Notes under the pieces: model-generated
Seen by the model: only the letters and a program-made list of their open reading frames with translations
What the model was told of the DNA's origin: nothing
The model's database searches: none
Position numbers and translations under genes: made by a program
Part shown: positions 30,537 to 41,046 of the stretch, piece by piece
How positions within the stretch are numbered: position 1 is the stretch's first letter
How the letters are laid out: every line of letters starts with the position of its first letter
Assembly (NCBI GenBank): GCA_963697895.1
Contig: OY969100.1
Location: 96,001-160,000 of the forward strand
Reading direction: 5' to 3'
Origin: an uncultured Methanomicrobiales archaeon
Lineage (GTDB): Archaea; Halobacteriota; Methanomicrobia; Methanomicrobiales; Methanospirillaceae
Length of the DNA stretch: 64,000 bases

Positions 30537-31333
30537 CGCGGCCGGTGGTGGTCCTCGGCGCTTCCGGGATGCTCGGGCATGCGCTGGTGGACGCGTTCCC
30601 GGGGGCGATCGCCCCGGGGCGGGACCTGGATATCACCGATGCCGTGTCGGTCCACACGTTTATCCTCGAGGCAGCCCCCGGCCTCGTGATCAATGCCGCC
30701 GCATATACCGACGTGGACGGGTGCGAGGATCACCCGGACCTCGCGATGGCGGTGAACGGGGAAGCGCCGGGATTCCTCGCCCGGGCATGCCGGGAGGCGG
30801 GAGCAGTCCTGGTCCATTACAGCACCGATTATGTCTTCGACGGATCCCGAGCCGGGTATCGCGAGGAGGATACCCCTGCCCCGATCAACCGGTACGGCAT
30901 ATCCAAGCTTCGCGGGGAGGAGCGGGTCCGGGAGGAGACGGACGACTACCGGATCATCCGGACCTCGTGGCTCTTCGGAAAACACGGGAAGAACTTTGTC
31001 GATACCGTGACCCGCCTCTCCCGGCAGCAGCGCCATGTCCCGGTCGTCGACGACCAGTACGGGAAGCCGACCTACACGGTCGACCTCGCCGGAAGGACGG
31101 CGGATGTGGTGAAGGCCCCGCCGGGGATCTACCACCTCACGAACGAAGGTGCATGTTCCTGGTTCGAGTTCGCCTCTGCAGCAATCCCGAATGCAGTACC
31201 CTGCACCTCGGACGAGTTCCCCCGGAAGGCACGCCGCCCGCGGTACTCGATCCTGGAAAATACCAAATTGCCCCCCATGCGCCACTGGCGGCTCGCACTG
31301 GCCGAGTATCTCGACGAACGGGAGACGGTATGA
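30533..31333 (+). CDS. rfbD: dTDP-4-dehydrorhamnose reductase
   Basis: GASGMLG, NAAAYTDVD, STDYVFDG, YGISK; ATGA overlap with rfbB. Confidence 0.95.
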   Translation: MTRPVVVLGASGMLGHALVDAFPGAIAPGRDLDITDAVSVHTFILEAAPGLVINAAAYTDVDGCEDHPDLAMAVNGEAPGFLARACREAGAVLVHYSTDYVFDGSRAGYREEDTPAPINRYGISKLRGEERVREETDDYRIIRTSWLFGKHGKNFVDTVTRLSRQQRHVPVVDDQYGKPTYTVDLAGRTADVVKAPPGIYHLTNEGACSWFEFASAAIPNAVPCTSDEFPRKARRPRYSILENTKLPPMRHWRLALAEYLDERETV

Positions 31334-31639
31334 TATGGAGCCACGGGAGATCGCGAAGAGAGGGAGAGAGCATTGACAGGGGCGGTCGATCGGAAGGAAG
31401 AGGAGAGACCATGATATGCCTGCTCGGTAAATATCATAAATAACCAGTGAGACCATGACAATCTGGCAGACAAACGGGGGAGATGGGAAGATCCTCATGA
31501 TACCTGTTCTGAAATTCCGGAATGACTTTCCGGTGGCACCTGTTCTCAGGATGTACGGAGTGAGCGTCCGATCCTGGCCATCCCCATACAGATATGGTGA
31601 CCACAGTATACCGGAGAACCGTAGCGGGGTGAACGATCC

Positions 31640-32359
31640 ATGAAAGGAATCGTCCTCGCGGGCGGGACCGGGTCCCGGCTCTACCCGCTCACCAAGGTGA
31701 CGAACAAGCACCTCCTGCCGGTGTACAACCAGCCGATGATCTTCTACCCGATCAATACGCTGATCGATGCGGGGATCACGGATATCCTGATCGTCTCCGG
31801 CCGCGGCCACGCCGGGCACTTCCTCGAGCTCCTCGGTTCGGGGTCGGACTGGGGTGCGAAATTCACCTACGAGATCCAGGAGCAGGCCGGCGGGATCGCA
31901 CAGGCGCTCGGCCTCGCGGAGTCATGGGCGGACGACGACCCGGTCTGCGTCATCCTCGGGGACAACATCTTCGAGGACCCGATCCGGGATGCGGTGACCG
32001 GCTTCTCATCCGGGGCACGGGTCTTTTTAAAGGCGGTCCCCGATGCGCACCGGTTCGGGGTGGCGGAGGTGCAGGGTGAGCGGATCGTCTCGATCGAAGA
32101 GAAACCAAAGATGCCGAAGTCGAACCTCGCCGTGACCGGCCTCTACCTGTACGACCGGGACGTCTTCCCGATCGTCCGGACGCTCAAACCCTCGCGAAGG
32201 GGGGAACTCGAGATCACCGACGTGAACAACGAGTACATCCGCCGGAAAGAGATGAAATTCACCGTTCTCTCCGGGTACTGGAGCGATGCCGGGACCTTCG
32301 AAAGCCTCCTCCGTGCCGGCATCCTCGTCCGGGACCACGAGGCGGGTGAGGGGAAATAG
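31640..32359 (+). CDS. rfbA: Glucose-1-phosphate thymidylyltransferase
   Basis: LAGGTGSRLYPLT, KHLLPVY, ILGDN, RGELEITD. Confidence 0.95.
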   Translation: MKGIVLAGGTGSRLYPLTKVTNKHLLPVYNQPMIFYPINTLIDAGITDILIVSGRGHAGHFLELLGSGSDWGAKFTYEIQEQAGGIAQALGLAESWADDDPVCVILGDNIFEDPIRDAVTGFSSGARVFLKAVPDAHRFGVAEVQGERIVSIEEKPKMPKSNLAVTGLYLYDRDVFPIVRTLKPSRRGELEITDVNNEYIRRKEMKFTVLSGYWSDAGTFESLLRAGILVRDHEAGEGK

Positions 32360-32634
32360 ACGGGATAACTCCGGGACGGGTGAGATCCCGGCGAATGAGG
32401 GGAAGGCGAAGACGGGATAGCTCCGGAACGGGAGGGATCCGGTGAATGAGGGGAAATAGACAGGATAACTCCGAGACTGGGAGAGATCCCGGTGAATGAG
32501 GGGAAGGCGAAGACGGGATAACTCCGAGACTGGGAGAGATCCCGATGAATGAGGGGAAGGCGAAGACGGGATAACTCCGAGACTGGGAGAGATCCCGATG
32601 AATGAGTGGGGAAGGCGAAGACGGGATAACTCCG
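32347..32634. repeat. Tandem array of about 6 units of 49-53 bp, each with a potential hairpin
   Basis: tgaggggaa(ggcga/at)agacgggataactccg..ggagagatcccg..gaa repeated; the first unit overlaps the rfbA stop. Confidence 0.92.
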
Positions 32635-32970
32635 GTGTTTTCGGTTGCCGAATCAGGATATATCGAAATATTCACGGTTCAGAAGTTCGGGCACGTCAGG
32701 AGAATGCCGGAGAGGGATTCCGGGATGAATCCTCACTGGAAGGAAGATGAATCTCCCGATGCAATGCCCCATCAAGGGGGAAGATCAGGTTCCGGACCGG
32801 ATGCGGGAAGCGGCTGATTCTGGCGATGAATGCCGTGGTGATGGCATTGTTCACCCGGAGCTCCGTTGTTTCGTCGTGATGTCAGGGTTTACTGGCCAAT
32901 GGGGAGGAAAGACAATGGATTCGTTTAACCAATCAGTATATTACTATAACCGTCGAGTTAATATCCGAAT

Positions 32971-33837
32971 ATGCAGAGCGTCCGCGCCTTCCTGAACGAT
33001 AAAACGATAGGGGCGACCCGGGTCCACACGGTAAAATTCAAGATTAACGGACGTTGTGTGAATAACTGCAGGTTCTGCCCGTTCCACAACGACCCGCATC
33101 TCCTCGAGGTCGGGGACATCGAACATTTCTTCGATATGGCCGGGAAAAAACCGTTCAGGTCCCTTGTCGTGAACGGCGGAGAACCGACCATTCATCCCCG
33201 GTTCATCGATATCTGCAGGTACCTGAAGGAACAGTTCAGGGACCGGATGTATCTTTCCCTCGGGACGAACCTCATACCGCTCTCCTGGGATCGCGGGCGA
33301 TATACCGACATCCGGAAGACGATCTATGAGACGTTCCACCGCATCGAAGTCGGGTGCGACGACGAGCACAAGAATATCCATCTTCTCGAGCGTTTCGCGC
33401 CCGAAATTGTGGCGGCGGGGATCGTCCTGGACGTCAACGTGATGCCCGATTACTGCAGTGAAGAGACGAAGGGAAGGATACTCGCGGTGAAAGATCGGTA
33501 CGACCTGGACGTAACCTTCTCGGAACTTCACCACTATTATGAATCCCGGCCCGTCATCAATGATGCATCGACGCCCTGCCGGAAACGGGCGCGGGACCTC
33601 CTGGTTAACTGCAACGGCGATCTCTTCTTCTGTTTCCACCAGGAGATGGAGACACCGGTCTGCAACCTCTTCACCGTAACCGGAAAAGAACTGGAGTATT
33701 ATCTGGAGCGGTACGATCCGCGGGAGTATCACTTCTGTGCCTGCTGCCCGAGATATATCCCCGAGCGTTCTCTGCATATCAGAAAACAGTTAAAAAAGAG
33801 TGCAGAGGGACTGAAGAGGTTATTGATCGAGAACTGA
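32971..33837 (+). CDS. Radical SAM protein with SPASM/twitch-like C-terminal cysteines
   Basis: CVNNCRFC, GGEPTIHP, C...NGDLFFC...CACC. Confidence 0.9.
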   Translation: MQSVRAFLNDKTIGATRVHTVKFKINGRCVNNCRFCPFHNDPHLLEVGDIEHFFDMAGKKPFRSLVVNGGEPTIHPRFIDICRYLKEQFRDRMYLSLGTNLIPLSWDRGRYTDIRKTIYETFHRIEVGCDDEHKNIHLLERFAPEIVAAGIVLDVNVMPDYCSEETKGRILAVKDRYDLDVTFSELHHYYESRPVINDASTPCRKRARDLLVNCNGDLFFCFHQEMETPVCNLFTVTGKELEYYLERYDPREYHFCACCPRYIPERSLHIRKQLKKSAEGLKRLLIEN

Positions 33838-34055
33838 TATATCCGGGATGGTCAGGACTTCTGATCTCCGGGGCGGATAAGGGCAACTGATCTTCGCATC
33901 TTCTCACCTGCACCAGTCAATACAGGCCTGCGTACAATTACATCCCGCACCCGTGAGGTGCACATGACAGAAGGTTTAGTACGGCCCCGACCCAAGAGGG
34001 ATATACCAGGGAGTGCATGAAGATTACTCTCCGTGCAGGGTGTTTTGTTGGAATG

Positions 34056-34184
34056 GGGGAAGCAGGGATACGCCGTACCACAACAGGAGGAGAAGGGAAG
34101 CAGGGATGCGCCGTATCTCAACAGGGACAGAAGGGGAGCATGGATGCGCCGTATCTCAACAGGGACAGAAGGGGAGCAGGGATG
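34056..34184. repeat. 38-bp tandem repeat, about 3.4 copies
   Basis: gaaggggagcagggatgcgccgtatctcaacagggaca at 34092, 34130 and 34168 (partial), plus a degenerate copy before. Confidence 0.88.
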
Positions 34185-34207
34185 AATAAAAAGAGCTTAT
34201 TACCGGG

Positions 34208-35152
34208 ATGTCCATGAAAAAACTGAGTGAGACGGGTGCGGATTTTCATTCTATTTCTGTCGTTATCCCGGTATACAACGATCCGGATGGCATAAAGGAT
34301 ACCCTGGACTCGCTCGTCATTCAGGACTATCCCCCGCATCATTTTGAGGTTATTGTCGTGGATAACGGATCGACCGATCATACTGCGGCGGTGATCGGGG
34401 AGTATGGAAGGGATAACCCGAAGATCCGGTTGGAAACGGAATATCCGGTCCACAGCTCGTACGCAGCCCGGAACAAGGGTATACTGTCGTCCCGGGGATC
34501 GGTTATCGCGTTCATGGATGCGGATATGTCGGTCGGTGCGGACTGGCTGACAAAGATCAACCAGTCGCTGCAGGAGAATAACGGGGACTATCTCGCCTGC
34601 GGAGTGGAAATAGTCGGGAGGAACAAGACCATCTATGAGCTATATGATAAAATAACCGGGTTTCCGGTAGGGTCCTACCTGCAGGACGACCACTTCGCGC
34701 CTACCTGTTGCCTGGTGGTGCGAAAAAGTCTGTTTATGGAACTCGGGTTATTTGATTCGAGACTGATCTCGGGCGGGGATCTCGAATTCGGAAACAGAGC
34801 GTACCGATCAGGGAAAAAACTCTGTTACGACCCGGAGATCGTGATGAGGCATCCTGCCCGTTCGTCGTTCAGGTCACACTATAACAAATTATTCCGTGTC
34901 GGAAGGGGACTTCGGCAGTTAACGGTCTATTATCCGGAGCGATTCCCTGTCCGGAAGTACAGTGCGTGGAATCCCCGGAATTACATCCCCCGCACCCCCT
35001 GGAATTTTTTCCGCTCCTATAAAGGGAACGAAACCTGGGATGAATTGCGGCTTACCGATAAAATCAGGCTCTACGGGATCAACTGGGTCCTCCAGCTGGC
35101 AAAGATGGGTGGATACCGGTACGAATCCCGCAGATCCGGCAGAGGCGGTTGA
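34208..35152 (+). CDS. GT2 family glycosyltransferase
   Basis: SVVIPVYN, VVDNGSTD, SYAARNKG, FMDAD, GGDLEF. Confidence 0.93.
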   Translation: MSMKKLSETGADFHSISVVIPVYNDPDGIKDTLDSLVIQDYPPHHFEVIVVDNGSTDHTAAVIGEYGRDNPKIRLETEYPVHSSYAARNKGILSSRGSVIAFMDADMSVGADWLTKINQSLQENNGDYLACGVEIVGRNKTIYELYDKITGFPVGSYLQDDHFAPTCCLVVRKSLFMELGLFDSRLISGGDLEFGNRAYRSGKKLCYDPEIVMRHPARSSFRSHYNKLFRVGRGLRQLTVYYPERFPVRKYSAWNPRNYIPRTPWNFFRSYKGNETWDELRLTDKIRLYGINWVLQLAKMGGYRYESRRSGRGG

Positions 35153-35304
35153 AATTTTCCCGCAGGAATACCATAACGTCTCGGTAATATGGGATGATAT
35201 CGCATTTTAACGGCAGGGAAATGGGCGGTCAGGACTTTTCCGAAGGAAAACGAACCGGAGACACTCCCATTCCCCCCGTCGGCCGGGATAGGCCAAGCAG
35301 AAGG

Positions 35305-35566
35305 GGTATCACGAAAACCCATGCCCGGACCCGGGTATCACCCCGGTGTATCGATTTGTCCTGAACGATTGTTCACGAGTATCCGCTCACCCGGTCATGG
35401 GGAGTATCACGAATACCCATGCCCTAACGCCCGGACCCGGGTATCACCCCGGTGTATCGATAAATTCCCGAACAGTTGTTCATAAGTACGGGTCACGACA
35501 ACCCAGCCCGTGACGCACGGATCCGGATGTCCCGGTGTATCGATACATCCGAACGATTGTTCGTGA
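35305..35566. repeat. Degenerate repeat x3 between convergent genes
   Basis: cccggtgtatcgat...gaacNNNNgttc occurs three times; gcccggacccgggtatcaccccggtgtatcgat occurs twice. Confidence 0.75.
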
Positions 35567-35574
35567 TTGCCCGC

Positions 35575-36415
35575 CTACCCGGTCCAGGAAGCCGGAGCGG
35601 ACCCCCCGGCCTCCTCCTCCTCCTTCCCGACCTCACGGAGGTACTGGCGGATCACCTCGTGCGGGGTGCCGGTCGTGACGATCCTTCCTTCACGGAACAA
35701 CATGCACTTTTTGCAGACCGCCCGGATCTGGTCGAGTTCGTGGGAGACGAAGAGGATCGTCTTTCCTGCCCGGCGGATCTCCTCGATCTTTTCCATGCAC
35801 TTATGCTGGAACGCCTCGTCCCCGACCGCCAGGATCTCGTCCACCAGGAGAATATCCGGGTTGGTATGAATCGCGACGGAGAACCCGAGCCGGAGATGCA
35901 TGCCGGAAGAGAAGTTCCGTATCTTCATGTCCTCGAACTTTTTTCAGCTCGGCGAAGTTCAGGATATCCCAGTATTTCCGGTCGATCTCCCTCCGGGTCA
36001 TCCCCATGATCGCCCCGTACAGGTAGATATTCTCCCGGGCGGTGAGCTCCGGCTCGAACCCGACACCCAGTTCGAGGAACGGGGCTACCCGTCCCTGGAC
36101 GAGGACGCATCCCCGGTCAGGGTACAATACCCCGGCGATCAGTTTCAGGAGTGTGCTCTTTCCCGACCCGTTCGGCCCGATCACCCCGACGGTATCCCCG
36201 TGGCGGATATGAAACGAGACGTCGTCGAGGGCGCTGAAGTCCCGGTACATTGCCGCCTTTCCCTGGAGCCGGGCTGCAAGGCGCGAGTAAATGGTCCGGC
36301 GCCGCTCGAGCGGGATCTGAAACTGCTTCGTCAGGTGCTGGACGGAGATGGCGATCGTTTCGTCCTCGCTCCCCGGTTCGAGGGTGCTCCCTTTGGCGCA
36401 CCGCATGAAGCGCAT
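35575..36415 (-). CDS. wzt: Polysaccharide ABC exporter ATP-binding subunit (Wzt-like) with one frameshift
   Basis: GPNGSGKST and LELGVGF in one frame; FSSGM.RLGFS, LLVDE and VSH in another. Removing one A from the A6 run near 35939-35944 restores ELKKFEDMKIRNFSSGM. Confidence 0.9.
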
Positions 36416-37177
36416 CTACATATCCTCCGCGAACCGGGGTTCCATCCGGTTGAATATCAGGGTTCCGATGAGGAGGACGATACCCGATGCGAGGATCGTA
36501 TATCCGAGCAGAGGGAGAGAAGGGAAGGTCGCATAGAGCATGATCTCGCGGAACATCACCATGATCGAGCTCACCGGGTTAAGCAGGTAGAGGGCCTGGT
36601 ACTGTTCGGGGATCAGCGTGACCTGGTAGAAGACCGGGGTGAGAAAGTACCCGATCTGCATGAGAACCGTCCATACATTCTCGAGATCCCGGTACCGGGG
36701 AAAGAGCGCCCCGAGGGCCAGACCCACCCCGTAGACCATCCCGAAATAGATCAGCATGAGCGGGGGGAACATCAGGAGATTGAGGGAAAACGGTGCACTG
36801 AAGATGATCAGGAACGCAAAGAGGATGACAAACTCGAGCAGGGAACTGATGAAGCCGGAGATCACGAGAGAAAAGACCAGTATCTGGCGTGGAATGTAGA
36901 TCTTCTTTACCAGCCCCGGTTTGCTGTAGATGGAGCGGACGGTGGAAGATGTGCCGTTCGCGAAGACCCGCCAGACGATGATCCCGACGAACAGGTAAAG
37001 GATCAGGCTGGTATCGGTAACATTTCGTACGTTCCGGAAGACCACGTAGAGGACGACGAGCCACAGGAGCGGGTTTAAGAGGGACCAGAGAAACCCGAGC
37101 ACCGAGGACTGGTACTTGATCCGGAGGTCGCTGATGACAAGGATCCGGATCAGGTCGTAATAATCACGCACCCACAT
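36416..37177 (-). CDS. wzm: Polysaccharide ABC exporter permease (Wzm-like)
   Basis: KYQSSVLGFLWSLLNPL, KKIYIPR, YRD, TPVFY, NP. Confidence 0.95.
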   Translation of the reverse strand: MWVRDYYDLIRILVISDLRIKYQSSVLGFLWSLLNPLLWLVVLYVVFRNVRNVTDTSLILYLFVGIIVWRVFANGTSSTVRSIYSKPGLVKKIYIPRQILVFSLVISGFISSLLEFVILFAFLIIFSAPFSLNLLMFPPLMLIYFGMVYGVGLALGALFPRYRDLENVWTVLMQIGYFLTPVFYQVTLIPEQYQALYLLNPVSSIMVMFREIMLYATFPSLPLLGYTILASGIVLLIGTLIFNRMEPRFAEDM

Positions 37178-38117
37178 AGGAAGCCTCCCCGCTGCCCCAG
37201 GTCCGGACGAACCGGGAAAAATCGTGATAGGTCCCCGACCGGATCACGCTCCGCCGTTCCCGCAGCATCCGCCCGAGCCCCGCGATCGCGTGGACCTTCG
37301 CCCGGAGGATGACCCTTCCCCGCCCCTGCAGCAGGTAAACGACCGTCACCCCGATATTCCGCCCAAGTATCCAGGGGAGAGAGGTGACGAGGAGCCGGAG
37401 GGGGAAGTCCCTGAACGTATACCAGAGGATGTTCCGGTTTCCATAGTACACCGCGAGGTCGGACCCCCGTCCCGCGCTCGCCCCGTTCGCGTGCACCACC
37501 ACGGCCTCCGGCACGTACCGGCACTTCCAGCCGGCAAGACGTCCGCGGACGGCGAGATCCACGTCTTCCATGTACAGGAAGAACGACGCATCGAAGGAGC
37601 CGACCTCCGCGAGCATCGCTCTCCGGTAGAGCGCGGCTCCTCCGCAGGGCCCGAGGACCTCTTCCGCAGGGGATTCCGGCCCGGGATCTCTCCTCCCCAT
37701 GTCCCGGTTCCAGGCGGCACCGCTCCGTGAGATGCAGATACCGGTGGAGTTCAGCCGCCCGTCCGGCAGGAGCATCTTCGGTGCGCACATCCCCGTCCGG
37801 GGATCCGCTTCCATCGCACGCGCAAGATGTTCCACGCAGGAGGGATCGAGGACGATGTCGTTATTCAGGGCAAGGATCGCATCCCCGGAAGCCGCCGCGA
37901 TCCCGGCGTTGATCCCCCCGCCGTACCCGAGATTTTCCGTGCTCCGTATCAGGCGCACCCGGGCCGCAAACTCGTCGGGGATCCGGTCGCTGCCGTCCGT
38001 CGAGGCGTTATCGACCACGATCACCTCGAGATCCGTCCAGGTCTGCGTGGCAAGGGACGAAAGGCAGGCGGAGAGGAACTCCGCGCCGTTGTAGTTGACG
38101 ACAATCGCGCTTATCAT
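37164..38117 (-). CDS. GT2 glycosyltransferase (rhamnosyltransferase-like)
   Basis: VVNYNG, VDNASTD, NLGYGGG.N, LNND, FFLYMEDVD. Confidence 0.93.
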   Translation of the reverse strand: MISAIVVNYNGAEFLSACLSSLATQTWTDLEVIVVDNASTDGSDRIPDEFAARVRLIRSTENLGYGGGINAGIAAASGDAILALNNDIVLDPSCVEHLARAMEADPRTGMCAPKMLLPDGRLNSTGICISRSGAAWNRDMGRRDPGPESPAEEVLGPCGGAALYRRAMLAEVGSFDASFFLYMEDVDLAVRGRLAGWKCRYVPEAVVVHANGASAGRGSDLAVYYGNRNILWYTFRDFPLRLLVTSLPWILGRNIGVTVVYLLQGRGRVILRAKVHAIAGLGRMLRERRSVIRSGTYHDFSRFVRTWGSGEASYVGA

Positions 38118-38215
38118 ATGCCAGAGGGCGCCATCCCGCCCAGATACCCGTCAGTACTTCTCGACGGGGAGTTTCTTATATACTTCCCCGATCCGGCTCC
38201 GCGTCCGGATGAATG

Positions 38216-39304
38216 TCACGGTTCGAACTCCCGGATCGCCGATTTCAGGTTCCCGGCAAACATCTGTTCCGAGAACTGTCCGGACCTGGCGACGCAGGTC
38301 TCCCTCATCTCCCGTGCCCGTGCCGGCGTCAGGTACCTGACCGCTCTCACGAGCTCGTCCACGGTCGCGTTCGGACAGAGACAGCCCGTTTCACCGTGGA
38401 CGATCGTCTCTTTCAGCCCGCCTTCGCGGACCCCGATACACGGCTTGCCCGCCGCCATCGATTCCACCGGCGACATCCCGAAGTCCTCGTCCACCGGGAT
38501 GTATATCGTCGCGATGCAGGTGCCGATCAGCCGTTCCAGGCTGGATTCCGAGACCCATCCCTCGATGCTGATGTTAGGGTATCCGTCGGCCATCTTTTGG
38601 ATCTTCTCCAGGTCCGGCCCGCCCGAGATCACGACCAGGTTCTTCTCCGGCATCCTCCGGAACGCATCCACGATCCGGTCTACCCTTTTTAAACCGTCCA
38701 GCCGTCCGGTGGAGAGGTAGAACTCCTCCTGCCCGAGCCAGGAATACCGGTCGGTCGCGATCGGGGGATAGACGACCGAACTCCGCCGGTATACCTCGTC
38801 CCCGTAGGAGGCTCTCACCCGATCCCGGACATTTTCGGAGTTGCAGAGGATTTTATCGAACTGCCGGACGTATTTCTGATCCTTTCTCCTCCAGTAGACC
38901 GAGAACGGCCTCACCAGGGCTTTCACGAGCGCTCTCTGCACCGGGTCCCCGATCGCCGCATCGATCGCCTCCGGGGAGTCGCGGAGGTGATAGAGCCATC
39001 GCGGCGGGGTGTGGCAGTACCAGACCGACGGATGATGGTGCGAAGCGGCGATCGCCCACGTACCCGAGCAGATCACGAGGTCATAGGGCGAAAAGTCATG
39101 GTTTTCAAATGCCCTCGCGATCTTCAAAAGGTTCGGGGATGAAGAGAGCGGAGTAACGGGCAGGTCCCGCAACTCCGGGTACGTATGCTCCCGGTCGACA
39201 AAACCGGTATAAATATCTGCACCGAGCGCCCGTGCCATGGTCATGACCACGCGTTCTCCTCCCCCCCGCTTGAGGAAATGATCGTGGCAGACGGCGATCT
39301 TCAT
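38216..39304 (-). CDS. GT4 glycosyltransferase
   Basis: RGGGERVV, YCHTPPR, EDFGMSPVESMAAGKP. Confidence 0.93.
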   Translation of the reverse strand: MKIAVCHDHFLKRGGGERVVMTMARALGADIYTGFVDREHTYPELRDLPVTPLSSSPNLLKIARAFENHDFSPYDLVICSGTWAIAASHHHPSVWYCHTPPRWLYHLRDSPEAIDAAIGDPVQRALVKALVRPFSVYWRRKDQKYVRQFDKILCNSENVRDRVRASYGDEVYRRSSVVYPPIATDRYSWLGQEEFYLSTGRLDGLKRVDRIVDAFRRMPEKNLVVISGGPDLEKIQKMADGYPNISIEGWVSESSLERLIGTCIATIYIPVDEDFGMSPVESMAAGKPCIGVREGGLKETIVHGETGCLCPNATVDELVRAVRYLTPARAREMRETCVARSGQFSEQMFAGNLKSAIREFEP

Positions 39305-39516
39305 ACAGGTACTCAGTGGGGAAAAATCCTATATATACTTATGAAAGGGAACAGCAGCCCGGAGTGCGGTTTGTGCCCGGGCTCCCCGTGCGGGCGACCG
39401 GATGATATACCCTTTCGCCCCGGCTGATCCTTTCCCCCGATATGACCGTCATGAATCCCTGGTTTTTTTCTTCGAAAGAATTAATCCGGTGGAATTGAGA
39501 ACCAATAAGGTACGCA

Positions 39517-40852
39517 ATGGGAAAATTTACCTTATATGATAATCCAGCGGTGGACCAGACGATTCAGAAGGATCTGGATCTCATATGCCACGAGATACTC
39601 GCGGCCTGTACGACCGAAGTCCATTTTACTGGCAGGAACTTTTGGGAGAGGTGAAGGGAGTGTGCTCATGGCGGATGGACAGGACGGCAGGATCGTTCCC
39701 GTTATGGATTATGACCTGCTCATCATCGGGGATGAACGGTCACTCCTCACCGCCGGAGAGCATTCCGATCTCAGGAGACGGTTACATGACCAGTGCCGGT
39801 CGGGAAAGATAGCGCAGCACGTAATCTCTGGCTGCGATCTCGATCTCTTCTGGTCTTCCCTCAACGAATTCGTCAGTAATGCACATTTAAGCATTTATGA
39901 TATGAAAGATGCAAGCATCGTGCTCTACGGGGAAGATATCAGAAACCTCGTCGCGATCGATATAGAAAAATTGGCTGTTTCGGCTTGTTACTACAGCCTG
40001 TTTCGAAGCATAAAGTCGTTTCTCAACCAATTTTCCATCGACTGCCTGAACTCGCCACCGACCGGAAAAAAACGGTTTTCCCTGATCTTCTATTGCAGCA
40101 AAGTATACCAGCATATGGGAACTCAGCTCACCCTCTGTCACCATCTCTATGATCCCTCATCCAAAGTCAGGGTGGAGCGGCTGCGAGAGAACTATTCCCG
40201 TCTCTATCCGAAACTCGCCGCAAAGGTTCCGAATTTACCCGATAAAATTTATTTTTATCAAAATTTGTCATTATTTCCCGACACCATATCAACCGGTGGA
40301 ATCGACCCGGTTGCTCTGTGGTTCGAAGCACGGGATGACTTCGAACTGGTTATGAAATACTGCCTTTCGACGCTGGGGAATCCGGATTCGGATGACATGA
40401 CGTTCCTCTCCGATGTACTATACCAGTCTCTCCGTCGGGATTACCACAGATACTTCATCGAATACTTTTTGAATGCACGATATGGCATTCGGAACCCCGC
40501 GGTCATCTCCTTTGTGAACCGGATGTACCACCTCTATTATACGCATATATTTGCCATGAATTATCGAAAAGTGCACAGGTCCGGTTTCAGACTATATGGA
40601 ATGTCCCCCCTCCCGAAACTCCTTGCAATCTCCCCCTTACTCCTGTTCTCTCTCCATCCGGACGGGAGTGTCGACGAGAAACTCTATTCTGCCTTCTGGG
40701 AACGATTTTCTCCCATATGTCCGGAAAGGGATCCCCACCTGCAGGTTCCGGATGCGCAAAACTGGGAAATTTCAAAAAATAAGCTCCTGGACACCATTCA
40801 ATTGAATAAGAAGCAGCAGAGGGAGGGAGGGAGCCCGCGAAAACGGTCATGA
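39517..40852 (+). CDS. Pol-beta-superfamily nucleotidyltransferase-like protein, frameshifted near the N-terminus
   Basis: MGKFTLYDNPAVDQTIQKDLDLICHEI from ATG 39517 switches frame near 39605 into SILLAGTFGRGEG...DYDLLII. Confidence 0.65.
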
Positions 40853-41046
40853 ACAGAGGTGTAACCGGCGGGATGGTCCTCATTTTCATAAGAAGCATAC
40901 CATTCCCGTATCCTGAAGACGATCTCCGCATCCCGGGCTGTGGAGTAACCCTTTAAGAGGTTTCTGCATACCAGTTCCGGAAAAAATAACGATACCGTTA
41001 AATTATTTCACCTTACAATAAAAACCAGTAATTTTGCGGGGGTTAG

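Noticed and set aside
32347-32634. Possible CRISPR array
   Set aside because: The units are contiguous near-copies without unique spacers, and no cas genes are in the window.
34056-34184. Possible mini-CRISPR
   Set aside because: Plain 38-bp tandem repeat with no spacers.
35362-35562. GAAC-N4-GTTC as LexA SOS boxes
   Set aside because: The context is archaeal, the sites lie between convergent 3' ends, and their recurrence is explained by the local repeat.
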